Below, one piece after another: positions 28,822-42,104 of a DNA stretch of 64,000 nucleotides. The DNA comes from the human T2T-CHM13v2.0 reference genome, Homo sapiens. Location: assembly GCF_009914755.1 (NCBI RefSeq), contig NC_060925.1; one strand, written 5' to 3'. Each line of letters opens with the position of its first letter. Positions within the stretch are counted from its first letter, which is position 1. The position numbers were made by a program, and so were the translations under genes. The notes below the pieces were generated by a model. It had not been told where the DNA came from. It did not search any database and worked only from the letters and a program-made list of their open reading frames with translations.

Positions 28822-29359
28822 TGTTTTGTTATCCATTGCTGCATAGCAGATTACCCCAAAACTCAGGGGCTTAAAACAATAAAAAATTGCTCAAAATTTC
28901 TGTGAATCAGGAATCCTTAGCTTAGCTGGGTGGTTCTGGCTCAGGGTCTCTCATGAGGTCACATTCAAGGTGTCAGCCAGGACTGCAGTCATTTGGCAAC
29001 TTCACTGAGACAAGAATCTGCTTTCAAGATGGCTCACTGACAGAGCTGTTGGCAGGAAGCCTCAGTTCCTCACTGGCTATTGGTGAGAGGCCTCACTTCC
29101 TCCCTATGTGGATCTTTCTGTAGGACTACTCAGATGTCCTCACAGTGGCATGGCAGCTGGCTTTCCTCAGAGTGTATTTAAAGGGTACAGAGATGGAAAT
29201 CATAGTGTCTTTTATGACCTAATCTCAGAAGTCACATGTCATCATTTCTGTACTATCCTTTCAGTTACATAAATTGATCCTATTCACCATGAGAGAGGCT
29301 CACACAAGAGTGTGAATATCAGAACACAGCAGTCACTGTGGCTTACCTCGGCTACCACA
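28822..29359 (-). mobile_element. MLT1F-like MaLR solo LTR
   Basis: TG..tccattgctgcatagcagattaccccaaaac..ggttctggctcagggtctctcatgagg..caagatggctcact..ggctaccaCA. Confidence 0.85.
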
Positions 29360-30544
29360 TTATTATTAACAATTTAAAAATACTTTAATATACTGGTATC
29401 AAGGACTGCTTCTGTTTTCCGGGAAATAGCTTTTATAGCCCTGGAGTTGAAAAAAAATGATTGGTAAATATATGTTATTCACAGGTCAAGGAACACTCGG
29501 ATCTTTCCAGCAGACCCCACAAGACCTTTGAGAGCCCTTCTCCTGTAAGACATCTGAGACTGTCATTTCACACAACTGGCATCACTACCTGCTATCTTTA
29601 TTCCCCATTATTTTCTGGGACCATCGCATTATCCTTCAGTGTATTGCCCCCAAGTGACCATTAAAGAGGAGATGAGGCGGGATCCATGTCCTTAGAGTCT
29701 ATTGGGTCTCAACTCATCTCTGGTGTCTGCTTAGAGAACAACAGAAAAAAAAAAGAAACTTTGCCTCATGCCTCCCTCTTCTCTTCATCCTATCCCCCTC
29801 AAAACAAGAGAAACACATTCAAGAAGAGGGAGGCTGTGTGTGAAAGTAAACCAACATCTGTATGTGGGAGTCATTTGGAAGTGTTCAGTGAAAATGATAT
29901 CCAAATATTATGTATTAATACATATTGGCACTCATTCTAGGAAAGAAAAACACATTCCCATTCTGTTGTTTTAAAATCCTTGATTACTACATCTTAGAAA
30001 GTGAGGATATAGGAGGACCAGAGAGAGTTTATAAACATGGCAAAAAGGAACTAGACCTCCTTAGTCAAAGTCAGTTCGGAAATAGTATGCATTGCATTGC
30101 TAATTATAACTATTCAACTAAAACTGTGGACTTGTTAAAGGTACCCAGTTGGAGGCAAGGTTCTACTAAGGGGCAGTATAGGGACAGAGTCCTGATTTAG
30201 GGCCTAGGCCTTGGTCATTAAACCTTTGAATTCCTAAATCATAATTCTAATGATAACTTGATTGTGTTGCATATAAAAACTGCTTTCTTCTTTTTTAACA
30301 GAATGCTAACACATGCATGTCCACACTCAGTAAGGCTCCAGAAATGGTTTTCACTCTAGAAATCCAAGTGAGGTTAACAGACACATGGCAATTGGGAAAC
30401 TAAAGACAAATCATGAAACATTGAGCTCAGTTTTGAATTTATTAGATTTTCTGCCTCAGATTTTAATATTTTTTGGCAGTTTTTCAACATCAAACATAAA
30501 ATGACATTTTCCTGAAACAAATAAATCAATAATTAGTTGGGATC

Positions 30545-30790
30545 ACTAATATAATTCTAACTGTATGCTAGTCACTGTTCTAATTGCTTTACAGATATCA
30601 TCTCACTGAATCTGCCCAAAGCCCTATGATTTTTAACCTGTGTTTCTAGATGAAGAAACTAAGACACACATCCATTAAGTTGCCCAAGAGTCACATAGTT
30701 GCTAAGGAGTGGAGCTAAAATCCGAAAGATGGGAAAGTCTGGGTTCAGAGGTCATAATCTCAAACTCCCCTGTATGCTGCCTCCCAATTA
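30545..30790 (-). mobile_element. MIR
   Basis: cactgttctaattgctttaca..agatgaagaaactaagac..ttgcccaagagtcacatag. Confidence 0.75.
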
Positions 30791-31742
30791 CAGAGAAAGT
30801 GAGACAAATCAAGTATGTGGAGTTCTTGGGACCTAATTCATGTGATGATAGGCAAACTGTTCACAGTGCCCAAATATTAAATGCCTTACTCTGCCATATG
30901 TGGAGTGTCAGAAAGATTTCAGAGAAAAATTCGGCATTTTAGGCAAATAGTGATGCATAGGTACATGATGTAATTCTATTAGAGACCAACATCTGTAATG
31001 TGGGTACTCTGCTGTCCTCCTGGTCATGCACATAACAGCAGCACAGGGTTTACTTTCATGTGAAAAAGGTCTTAAACCAAAAGTAGGTCATTATTTTTCT
31101 GTTCTATCTTTTTGCAAGAAGTCACTAATTTGAGGATGAATGCCTTTTTGTTTTTGTCTCAGCAGCCTAAGGAAATTTCAGGACTAGACAGTACTTGGAT
31201 TTGTCTTCCCCCAGACTCTGAACTTGCAAATGAGGGCAAATATACAAATCATTACATTTAAGAGAAGACAGATCTCTTATCAGTGTCAGAAAAAAATGGA
31301 AACTAAAAGCTCATAAAAATGCTAATGATCATATCTTTCCCAAATGCTCTGGTTTAATACAAAGTTTCTTTTTGATAACACCACTATATAATGCTCTCCT
31401 CCCTCTCGCCCATTAATCTCCATTTCTCAGTGTGAACTTGGAGCAAATAACATAAGTCTATAAAAAGATACTCTGAATTCTCTTCCAAATATAATACTTA
31501 GATAATAATGTGACTGTTGGGCAAAGTAGCATGCTTTGCTCGTTAGCAATGGACTCGGATGTGGATGCTCCTCTGTCCCAGCTCTTCTCTCACCCCATTA
31601 CTGTTCTCCAGCAGCAGTGTCTGAGAGCCTGCTGGGCATGTGCTGCACCATGGAGGCCACCCTCTATGCACCCCCATTAGCTTCTATCCTTTGTTTTAAG
31701 TAAAATTCCTTTAAATACCAAACACAGAGAACTGTTTTTTCT

Positions 31743-32039
31743 TTTTTTTTTTTTTTTGAGACAGAGTCTCGCTCTGTCACCCAGGCTGGAGTGCAGTGGC
31801 ACGATCTCGGCTCACTGCAAGCTCCGCTTCCTGGGCTCACGCCATTCTCCTGCCTCAGCCTCCCGAGTCAGCTGGGACTACAGGCACCCGCCACCACGCC
31901 CAGCTAATTTTTTGTATTTTTAGTAGAGACGAGGTTTCACCGCGTTAGCCAGTATGGTCTTGATCTCCTGACCTCGTGATCCGCCCACCTTGGCCTCCCA
32001 AAGTGCCAGGATTACAGGCATGAGCCACCACGCCCGGCC
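31743..32039 (-). mobile_element. AluY
   Basis: gcaagctccgc, cacgccattctcc, gttagccag, gacctcgtgatcc. 17-bp TSD AGAGAA(C/T)TGTTTTTTCT at 31726-42 and 32042-58. Confidence 0.96.
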
Positions 32040-33609
32040 AGAGAGAATTGTTTTTTCTAATTGTGTGGCTATTGTCACCCCTGCAGTTATAAGCCTGGGC
32101 TTACTTAAGTAAATAAATGGGGCCTGATGCACTGAGGCTACCATATTCATTGAGAAGATTTCCATTGAAATCTATGACCTCATCATTTACATACAGGCTA
32201 GTTCTGCCTCTTGCTTGAGTAAGGTCCATTGATTAAAGTTGAAAAACATAATGGAAAGTAATCAAAGGCACATAACTAATTATGAAGCAACGGTAAGCCG
32301 TGAGGTAATTTTTATTGATTCTTAGCAATAAGCCTTTTCGCTAGATAACAGGTATTGTCTTATTCCGTGAAATAGAGAAATTCACTAATCCACAATTAGC
32401 CTATTTTTTAGCATAACCTCCCATGGGTGACATCCAATAACCAGAATGACCTGATCTATTTCTAAGCCAGGTGGTAAAATGAAGTACCTGCTTACAAATA
32501 ACGAAAAGCTCCTATTTAAAGATGTTTGATCTGCTTTTATCCCAGAATTAAAAAAAATTTAAACAATCTGTCAACTACATTTAAAAAAGCTAAGAAAAAA
32601 TTATGACAGAACAATAATTATACAGCAAATTATGGGATATTTAATTTTAAAATTGGATGTAGAGTGCTATTATATTTGAACTTCATATTTTTGCTTTTGT
32701 TAAATTTTTGTTTTGAAAATGAACTTATTGCAAAATAGCATAGCATTAAAAAAATACTGTATCCGGTTTTGTTATTGTTCCAAAAGATCATTTGTGACCT
32801 TAATAAAAAAGCAGCTTTACATAAATACCTAATTCTCATTTTGTAGACTCTTTTTGTTGTTGTTGTTTTTCTGTTTCTAAAATCGGAAAAACAGCATAGA
32901 TCAGGCAAAAGTGATTGGCTTGTCCTAGTTAAGGCTGGCCTAAATGAAATTTAGTTGGTGATTTAAATTTCCAAGTATTAAGACAAATTCAATAAGCTTC
33001 TAAAATAAAACTTAGTAGAAACATGGCTTTTGTAACTAGAATTTGGTGGTTGGAATATTAAATATTGTTTTATATAGTCAACACTTGTCATTCTATACAC
33101 TGTCAGATTCTGCTTGTTTTTTGACTGGGTTTGTTACTTCCTTCTTGTCTTTGTGCTGCTGGGTCATATTTTCCCCCATTTTTCATGTCTTTTTCCTAAT
33201 TTCCTAAAGACTTTCTTCACTTCCTTTCTGCAGTTACACAAAGCAGAGTTTGTTTGCTTGCTCTGTGACTGACTCAGTCTTATATATTGGAAAAACAGCT
33301 GTATACACTAAAAATAGAGATAGTACAGGGTTTTTTGTTGTTGCTGTTGTTATCTGAACACTATTATTATGAGCTAAGAATGCATTTGTAATGAACTCAG
33401 GGGGCCTCAGTTGAGAAACTTACCTGGATATAGGGTTGGCCAACAGAACAAAACAAAATGACAAACTACCAATTGCATTTAGTAAGTGTCATGTGTTTTT
33501 AGAAGTATGATAGAAGATTATAATGTGATGAACAAGAAATACCACACAGAGTATCTAACTTGAGATCAGGCATGAGATGACATCAACTTGTTGGTGCTTA
33601 TGTCATTCC

Positions 33610-34097
33610 GTGGAAGATAGTTATACCTAGGTTTCATAATGGTTCCCAATGATCTGGGAATCCTGGTGTTCACACACTGTGTAGTTCCCTCCCATACAAT
33701 ATGGTGGAAGTACTTCCGAGATGGGGTTATAAAAGACAACTCAGCTTCCGTTTCAATCCCCCTGTCTCTCTCTCGAATCAACTCCTTTGGAGAAAGCCAG
33801 TGGCCATGTGATGAGCAGTGTTATGCAGAGGCGCACAAGTGGGGAACTGAGGCCATGCCTAATGGCCATGTGTGAGAGAGTACGAAAGCAGCTCCTTCAG
33901 CCCCAGCAAACCTTCAGATGACTGGAGTTCCCGCAGACATTTTGAGTACAATTTCATGAGAGATCCTGAGTCAGACCCACCCTACTTGTACTCCTGGACT
34001 CCTAAACCTAAGTTAACTGTGTGAGCTAATAAATGTTTGCTATTTTAAGCTGTTAAATTTGGGGCTAATTTATTACAAAGCAATAGATAGCTCATAT
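33610..34097 (+). mobile_element. MLT1 (F-like) MaLR solo LTR
   Basis: aatggttcccaatgatc..ctggtgttcacacactgtgtagt..ccttcagatgact..aataaatgtttgctattttaagctg..gcaatagatagct. Confidence 0.82.
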
Positions 34098-34489
34098 CTT
34101 GCATTAGCTGTCTAATACAAGGACTGTTGCCAGGGGCTTAGGAAAAGGGTTTAGTTCTCAAGGAGTGAGGCAGGACAGTGTTGTAGGCCACCAACCAAGT
34201 GAGCTGCACCAAGGGCAATAATCAGTGAAAAAGAGATACAAAGACAGATTTGGCTTCGTATCCTACAATGGAACCAGCACATAACATTTGCTAAGTTAGT
34301 TTCAGTAAACATGTTCATAACTCCTTTAGGTTAACTCAAAACAGTTTAACCAGGAAGGTTTATTTTCTCATTTTTACATACAAAGAAAGGCAAGTCTCAG
34401 ATTCTCAGTAATTTTGAGGTCATGCAGATGTCAAGTGGCAGAGCTAAGAATTCAAACTCAGTTCTGATCGACATTAAAGACCACATTCT

Positions 34490-34793
34490 GTTTTTGTTTT
34501 TGTTTTCTTTTACACAGACCCTTGCTCTTTTGCCCCAGCTGGAGGACAGTGGCATGATCATAGCTCACTTTAACCTTGAACTCCTGGGCTCCAGCCATCC
34601 TCCCACTTCAGCCTCCTGAGTAGCCAGGACTGCAGATGCATACCACCACACCTGGTTAATTTATTTTCATTCTTTAAAGAAATGGAATCTCATTGTGTTG
34701 CCCAGGCTAGTCTTGAACTCCTGGCCTCAAGGGATCCGTCTACCTCAGCCTCCAAAGTACTGGGATTACAGGTGTAAGCCACCATGCCTGGCC
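34490..34793 (-). mobile_element. AluJ inserted at the end of a MIR
   Basis: gatcatagctcact, ctcctggcctcaagggatcc. Perfect 14-bp TSD AAAGACCACATTCT at 34476-89 and 34794-807. Confidence 0.93.
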
Positions 34794-35160
34794 AAAGACC
34801 ACATTCTTAAACTGATATATTTTGTGGCCTCTGATAATTTTTAGTATTTACTGAGCCATAATGTATCCCCATTACTATGCCATCTCTCTTTCTACAGTAA
34901 AACAAACAAACAAACAAACAAAAACTTCTCTAACCCTAAAACTACCTGCAAGGTAGGTATTACTTCTGTAAATAAACAAATGGAAAGGACCTTTTCAAAA
35001 GTGCAAATAATAACATGGGAAGTGGAATGATTTTAAGAATTCATTTCATTCCTCAGAGTCTCCCCTAAGAATCTCTGAGCTACATACTTATTTTGTTATA
35101 TCTCCAAATTAAAGACTCTTATGCTGCTATTAACAGATTTATCAGAAGGATTATTTCCTC

Positions 35161-35465
35161 TTTTTTTTTTTTTTTTTTTTTTTTGAGATGGAGTTTTTCT
35201 CTTGTTTCCCAGTCTGGAGTGCAATGCCATGATCTCGGCTCACTGAAACCTCCGCCTCCTAGGTTCAAGGGATTCTCCTGCCTCTGCCTCCAGAGTAGCT
35301 GGGATTACAGGCATGTGCCACCATGCCGGACTAATTTTGTATTTTTAGTAGAGATGGGGTTTCACCATGTTTGTCAGGCTGATCTCAACTCTTGACCTCA
35401 GGTGATCCACCAGCCTCGGCTTCCCAAAATGCTAGGATTACAGGCATGAGCCACCAAGCCCAGCC
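35161..35465 (-). mobile_element. AluSp/Sq
   Basis: polyT-gagatggagttt..ctcttgtt..gcaatg..gacctcaggtgatcc. Confidence 0.92.
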
Positions 35466-36041
35466 TTTTCCAAATCATTCACTCTGCTCCTCCTTTCCCT
35501 TAGCTTGATATGGAAACAGGGCCTGTGTGCCTTCTTTGTAAACATAAATTTGAGAGAAATGGAAAGCAAACTTTTAGATGTATCTGAGACTATTTAGATA
35601 GAAAGCTCTAAAGAAGCCATGCCCTGGCATCAAAGTACACTATCCGAGCCATGTTGTTAACATGAGAAAATTAATTATTAGCTTTGAATTGACAATAAAA
35701 ATAAGAGAAAGTCTTACACATGAATCCAATTGATGATTGCTAATGACATTTTATTTTATGACACACTTGCTGTTCAGGTGTGACTGTTTAGTCCTGGAAC
35801 TTAGAGAGACACAGCCTGTTTTATGAGGAAGGTCATCTTTAGGGGTAGAGATTAAGCATGTCTTCTAGCCCATCAAAAGTTTTTGAAAACTTCACCTCCA
35901 TTAAAAACAGATATTTGGCAGGGACCTACAAATGTTTAAGTTAAAAGAGATGTGAAATGAAAAAGATATCCCTGTATTGTATTAACTTTATAAAGGACTG
36001 TGTCAGATTCCTCTCAGTGTAGACATATTACTTTGTGATAC

Positions 36042-36070
36042 AACACACACACACACACACACACACACAC
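36042..36070. repeat. (CA)n microsatellite
   Basis: Seen directly. Confidence 0.9.
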
Positions 36071-37679
36071 TGACATGCACACACGTATTTCTTATTCCTC
36101 TTCTTTTTTCTCTCTTAACTTTAGAGGAAGTTGGCTCTTTTCCCCCAAAGTACACAAAGAAGAGACCCTCACAGATTATCAACACCTGGAATAGATTTTC
36201 TCTTGGCTGTGGTCAAATAGGCATCGTTACTCTGACTTGGGAAATAGATCAGACTCTTGTCTTACTTGACTTAAACATTTACTTGGTATTAACCTAGTTT
36301 CCTTAATTTCAGTGTTTAAGAATTAGATACTTTGAGTATTGAGATCATTTTTCCTCTAAAGTAAGAGTGACCTTCTATTTTCAAAATGGTCTTCCTTTCT
36401 ATAGTAGATAATGGATCCTTGCAGCCTGAAACTCGCAATAACTTCAGAGGCATATGTGATGGAAGCAAAAGTAAATGGTTTGAGAAAGCCTTACGGTAAT
36501 ATTCCCACATCCAGGCTTTACTATTATCAGTGTTAACTCTGATTTATGTTTCAGTTTAATTTCCTAAGTTAAAACATTCTTGGCCACTGTCCAGTGAGTC
36601 TAACCATCTTACTTTTGATTCTGGTCCCAAGCTCACCCAAAAAAATGTTTTCGATAAGTCAATAGCTATTTATGGTTTGCTTAACCATTAGTACCACTGA
36701 AGTTATCAAAATGTAAAGTTGGTTGAGAACTTAATATGCATCCTGGATATCTCAGGGTAACATACTCGGGCCACTCCAGGATAAGAAAACATGCCCCAAT
36801 TGAGGAAATGGAAAATTAGTCCAAGAAGTGATAGGACCGTCAAGGAGCATGGAACTTCTTCCAAAGACATATTAAGAGACAAGCAGAAATGATGATTATA
36901 GCAGCTATGGATGTTGATGGCAATGCTGCCAAAAAGTTACTATTAATGACTCAGGTATAAGTTAATCTTTGATCTCTCAGCTCTCCTCCAAATTTTTTAT
37001 ACCCCTCTCTCTACTCGGAATGAGAATTGCTCATAAATACTCTGAAGTAGCACTTACCAATAACCTCTGATAAAACTCTACAACCTGGAACTGCTAATTC
37101 AAAGAATTTCCAGATTTTACAGCAGTCCTATAATGGGCCTGCTTGGGAACTGGATTCACTCTTTCTCAAATTGGCTGAACTGTTGAGATAGGATTTAAAG
37201 TTAGCATCATCCACAACACCTTTTTGAAATTTTAAATTTGTCTAATTCTGTCATCTATTGACATGTTTTACACTTTTTAACACTCTTTGTTCATGTCATA
37301 TTATTTGTGTGTGTGTCTGAAACCACTTCAGTAAATTGTAAGCTTCTTTGTATGTTATTCATCTTTATATTCTGCATTGTAACCAACAGAGCACTTTATC
37401 CTGAAAATATGATAGAGCCCTAAACATGATAGCAGATGTAATCAGCTTTATAATTGTAAACCAGGAATGATAATTCTATTTGTACTGCATCAGTGTAAAC
37501 ATTGTATGTTTTCAATCGAAATAGAAAACTAAAATACAAAACATCTAGGAAAACTAGAGAGCTTTCTTATAGATGCAACATATTTGCCCCAAAGATCTCT
37601 GCTGTTTTAGTTATGTTAAGTATATTATTTACAAATAAAGATGATGAAGATCTGATAGATAGATAGTAGATAGATGACA

Positions 37680-37870
37680 CTTAATAGTACTTAATATGTG
37701 TCAAGTCCCATTGTGAGTGCTTTACAAATATTAATTCTCCTGACAACTCTATGAAGAAGGTACTATGATTATATTCACTTAATAACTGAGGACATGGAAG
37801 CACAAAGTAACTTACCAAGGTCATGTAAGTTGTAAATGGAGGACACCAGATTTTATCCCAGTGCCCACTA
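37680..37870 (-). mobile_element. MIR preceded by a short (GATA)n
   Basis: agtgctttacaaatattaattc..gacaactctatgaagaaggtact..aagtaacttaccaaggtca. Confidence 0.75.
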
Positions 37871-40800
37871 CTTGAATCACTATGACATACTGATAGAAAA
37901 TAAAATAGACATAGAGTACCAGTATTATCTCTCCTGCTCATCAGTTTTTTAGTTTTTAATTTGGAAGCCAGTCATTGTCATTCATCTGCATGAAAAATGC
38001 TCATAAGGTAAACTAGAGCCAGAACAGGAAAAATATTACTTACCATTTTTTTCTTCTACATAAAAAATACACATATCCAAAATTTTCTTATTTCTGTGTT
38101 GTTATAGGAAACAATTCTGGAGTAGGGTCAAAGGGTAAGGACAGTTGGAAAAAAGAATTTCTTTTGGTAGAAGACTGACTAAAAGGCTTTGCCACCCCCT
38201 GTGCAATATTTTTTTTAACCTATAATTCTTTCTCCACTAGCACCTTAAAATATATCTCTGATTATTCCTTTAACACTATAAAATGTAGTGTTTGGAATAT
38301 ACCTCTTAAGTAAGTAACAAACATCACTTTAAACAATGAAGCCTGAGTAGAATGAATGCCCATTTGGGTGAGCCAATTTTTTCCCACATTTCTGTAATTC
38401 TTCCTGGGTAGGTGGCGGGGAGGGAGAGTTACTATTAATGAACTAACAAACAAGCAAATAAATCCTCAGGTATTTAACTCTGGCTAGTCACGCCTAACCC
38501 TTAGTAGATACAGAAAATCTTGCTCATGATTCAAGCTAACTAGATTCTATCGATTTTACTTTTGGTGTCCTCATTGTTTGGAAGGTGCAAAAGTTAATTA
38601 AGCATTTAGCTCCATTCACTTGGCTATATGTGTGTTTATTATGCTCCAGCTGGATAGCACATTGTTTAGTGAAAACTTTCTTTGCATCCCTAAATCAATG
38701 TGTCTATTAGACAAAACCCAATGATGTACCAGCCGTTGTTAATGCACTGAAAGGTCACATAAGCATTGAATGAAGTATGGTCCTGGAGAAAGCTGATCCT
38801 TTCTGCAGGATGTCACATTAGGAGAGGAGCTTGTAACAGCGTATCTCCATTTCATACAGCATCTGGCATACACCCCAAGTGACCACAGGATGCCATATTT
38901 ATAGGAAGGATGCCACTGTATTATCAAGTGATTTAATAACTTTATCTAGAATTTAGGCAGGAAATATCTTCTAATGCAGGAAAAACAAAGGAAGACATTT
39001 AAAATTAATTTTCAAACAATTAAATTACATCAAAACACAATATTTAGACCCACCACTTTAAAAGTAAAATTATTAACTTCTTATTCAAGCAATGTTTTAG
39101 GCACTGGGGATGGAATAGTAAACAATGATTATTAAAAACAAACTCTGCCCACACAACCAGTTTTAAAAACAATCTAGAATACACACTATAAGTATCTAAT
39201 TTCGTTTCCTATTTTTCTATATATTTAATAGATGAAATGTATTTTAGTGGAGTAGATATTTTATAGGGCTTGTACTGGGTCTGCTATATATATTATTTTA
39301 TTGTTTTATATACCATTTGTTATGAGTGTTGTTATCTTTATTTTTCAGGCATGAGAACTGGTATCAGTAAGGTTAGGAACCTTTCCATAAGATTGTCGAG
39401 ACCGATACTTGAATATCATGAAACTTAAATGCTACATTTATTTTCGTTATGTTTACACACAGCAATTATATTTCTGCTAAACATTCCTTTGAATCAAGGC
39501 CAAAGTAAAATTTGTTTATTTTTATTATATCTTTTCAGGAGTGTTTTTCTAAATAAACTCTGTGCTCAAGATTGCCAACCAAAGTTACGCCTCAAAATTT
39601 TGCACTAGAAGTTCTTAACCTTCTTTAGCATCACAAATTTGCCTATCACATTTCATTTTCAAAGGGAGATTTCCATTCTTATGCAGAACCTCAAAGCACT
39701 AGAGAATAGATTTTGGGCTACAGTGAATAGGAATTTGCTCATTATTATTTTGCCATTTAGAAGTCAGAAGTGAAATCTCTATTTTTTTTAATACTGTATA
39801 TATAAATTGCACCATTTCCTGTCATGAGGAAAAAAGAACTGAATGGATTCCTTTGAATTTAGCCCATCTTTTTAGTTTTCTAGATCCAAAGCTTAGCCTA
39901 ATAAAGTAGTAATTAATTTATAAATCAACCTCCTTTATATAGTCCAAAAGGCAGTCATCAAATTTTATTGATTTTTTTCCCATATCATTGTTCCAGGACC
40001 TTATTTTCAATAAAATTTTTTTGGATTCAGAAAGGTGCCAGAATTCCCTTTCTTCTCTATCAGACCTTATTTTTTCTCCAAATGATGTTCAGGAGAATGA
40101 TAATAATAACTGGCCTCAGTTTCTGAGGACTTGCCAACATTTTTTTGAAGGAATGCGATAGTCTGGACCTACAATCATTTCCACATGTCTTAGCTCCAAA
40201 ACTGAAGGGAGTAAGTGCCAATCCCAATAGCCTTATCTTAATATTCAGTGAGCCCGGGAGGTTGCAGACAAATTTGCTTTAGATGCAGGCACTATCATAC
40301 ATCACGGCAATTTCTCAGCCCCTTCATCACACTCACTCAGAGGTATTGTACTGAGATAGCCAGAACAGTTGTTTTATGCTCTATAATGAGCTGACTCAAA
40401 GAAAGCTGTCTTTAACATTAGAACAATCAAAGTCCAATTCAGAGTTTTTTGGCCCTCAGTTTAGTTGTAGATAATATTTTAGCTGCTATAACCATATCAT
40501 TAATTCTTACAAAGTTTACTCTGTAGGATTCAGTTCTAATAGTTAGAAAAATAAAAATGAACAGCGGTATCTATTTACTTAATCGACGGATGCACCCCCA
40601 TGCACCATCCTGACCTGGCTTCTGTAATAACTTCCATAGTATACTTGTTTGCCTTCCGTGTTCTGACAGCATAGAATATAGTCATCATTCAATTTTCCCT
40701 TTTGAGTATGCACATAAGAAAGAGAAAACAACATGGAATAAAATGACATACTTTACAAGGCAAATTTTGCATAGTGCATAATAAATTTTGTTGAGGTCAC

Positions 40801-42011
40801 ATTCTGCACTTCTATTAATAATAATAAGATTTGTGATTCTAACTGAGCACTCATAAACTTAATCTTTCATCTCAGTTCTTAAAAAATCTTGGTGTGTCAA
40901 AGTTGGCAAACTCTAGCTTTACTGAAATGTACTATCTTATATTCTTTTGCTGTTTCCTTTCATAGTGATATTTCATGCACTGCCAGAACTTCCTGCATTG
41001 CAAAATGCTCATCTTTCTATGCATAAGACTATAAAAGGAATTTATTTTGCAGAATATGTTATAAACATATTTGGTAGTTTATATCTGATTTAAATTACTG
41101 CCTTTACATAATTATTAGAGCCTAGGATGCATAATTCTCACTTAGCCATATGGAACAAATATATGCCTTTAATGTTATAGACTTGATCAAGGTAGTGTCG
41201 CTTGAAATAAATACCCTTGAAAGCTATTCTGAAGAAGTGAACATCACTGAACATAAAGCAAACATTTTAAGTTCATCTCTAGAGTTGTCTTTCAAGCTCA
41301 AATAAGAAAAGAAACTCATTTGTCCTAAATTGGAAATATACCTAAAGTGCTATTCTCTGCCTTGGTGAAAAGGGGAAACCACAGTAGATTTCAGGAAGTG
41401 AGTGTGGTTTGTGCTCTTCTGGAAGGGGATTCTAGTCTTGCTCCTAATATTGATCATTACCACCAGATACCTATCCACTCTCTTCTTTTGCCCTGGGTCA
41501 AAGCTCTTTGAAAACCTCTTGATTTGGAAAGATGCAAGTCATGATGTTATCTATATTTTGAAAGCTTTTTGTGGCAGAAGAGGAAATATTAAAGACAATG
41601 AGAGAAGGATTACTTAGGCAGTCTAGGGTGGAAATTGTCAGGAGTGTGGCAGTGGCTGTGAGAATGGAAAAGAGTGTAAAGGTATAAAGAGATGTAGAAT
41701 TTGTAGAAACCAGAAAAGTAGACAAAGTTTAAACATCTTAGCAATCAAAGAGATGTATGTTTGCTAGTATCCAAGGAGGTTTCATAGCCCATGTATTTGG
41801 ATTAACTCTGGGCTAGCCTTATGACTTGAAGGTTCTGGGACCTCACATTATGAAGTTTACAAGACCATGATATTAATACAAGGAATGATTTAATTATTTT
41901 ACTTGATAACTCTATTACAGAAAGCAGATCACCCAATCATATTGATCTGCTCATTTTCTTCACAGGGACTCATTTGACAAAATACTAAGAAAATACCATA
42001 TAAATAATTAG

Positions 42012-42103
42012 TTCCTTCCTGCCCTTCTTCCTTCCTTCCTTCATTTCTTCCTTCTTTCCTCCTTCCTTCCTTCTTGTCCTCATTCATCTCTTTCTCTCTC
42101 TCT
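42012..42103. repeat. (CTTC)n/CT-rich low-complexity tract
   Basis: Seen directly. Confidence 0.85.
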
Positions 42104-42104
42104 T

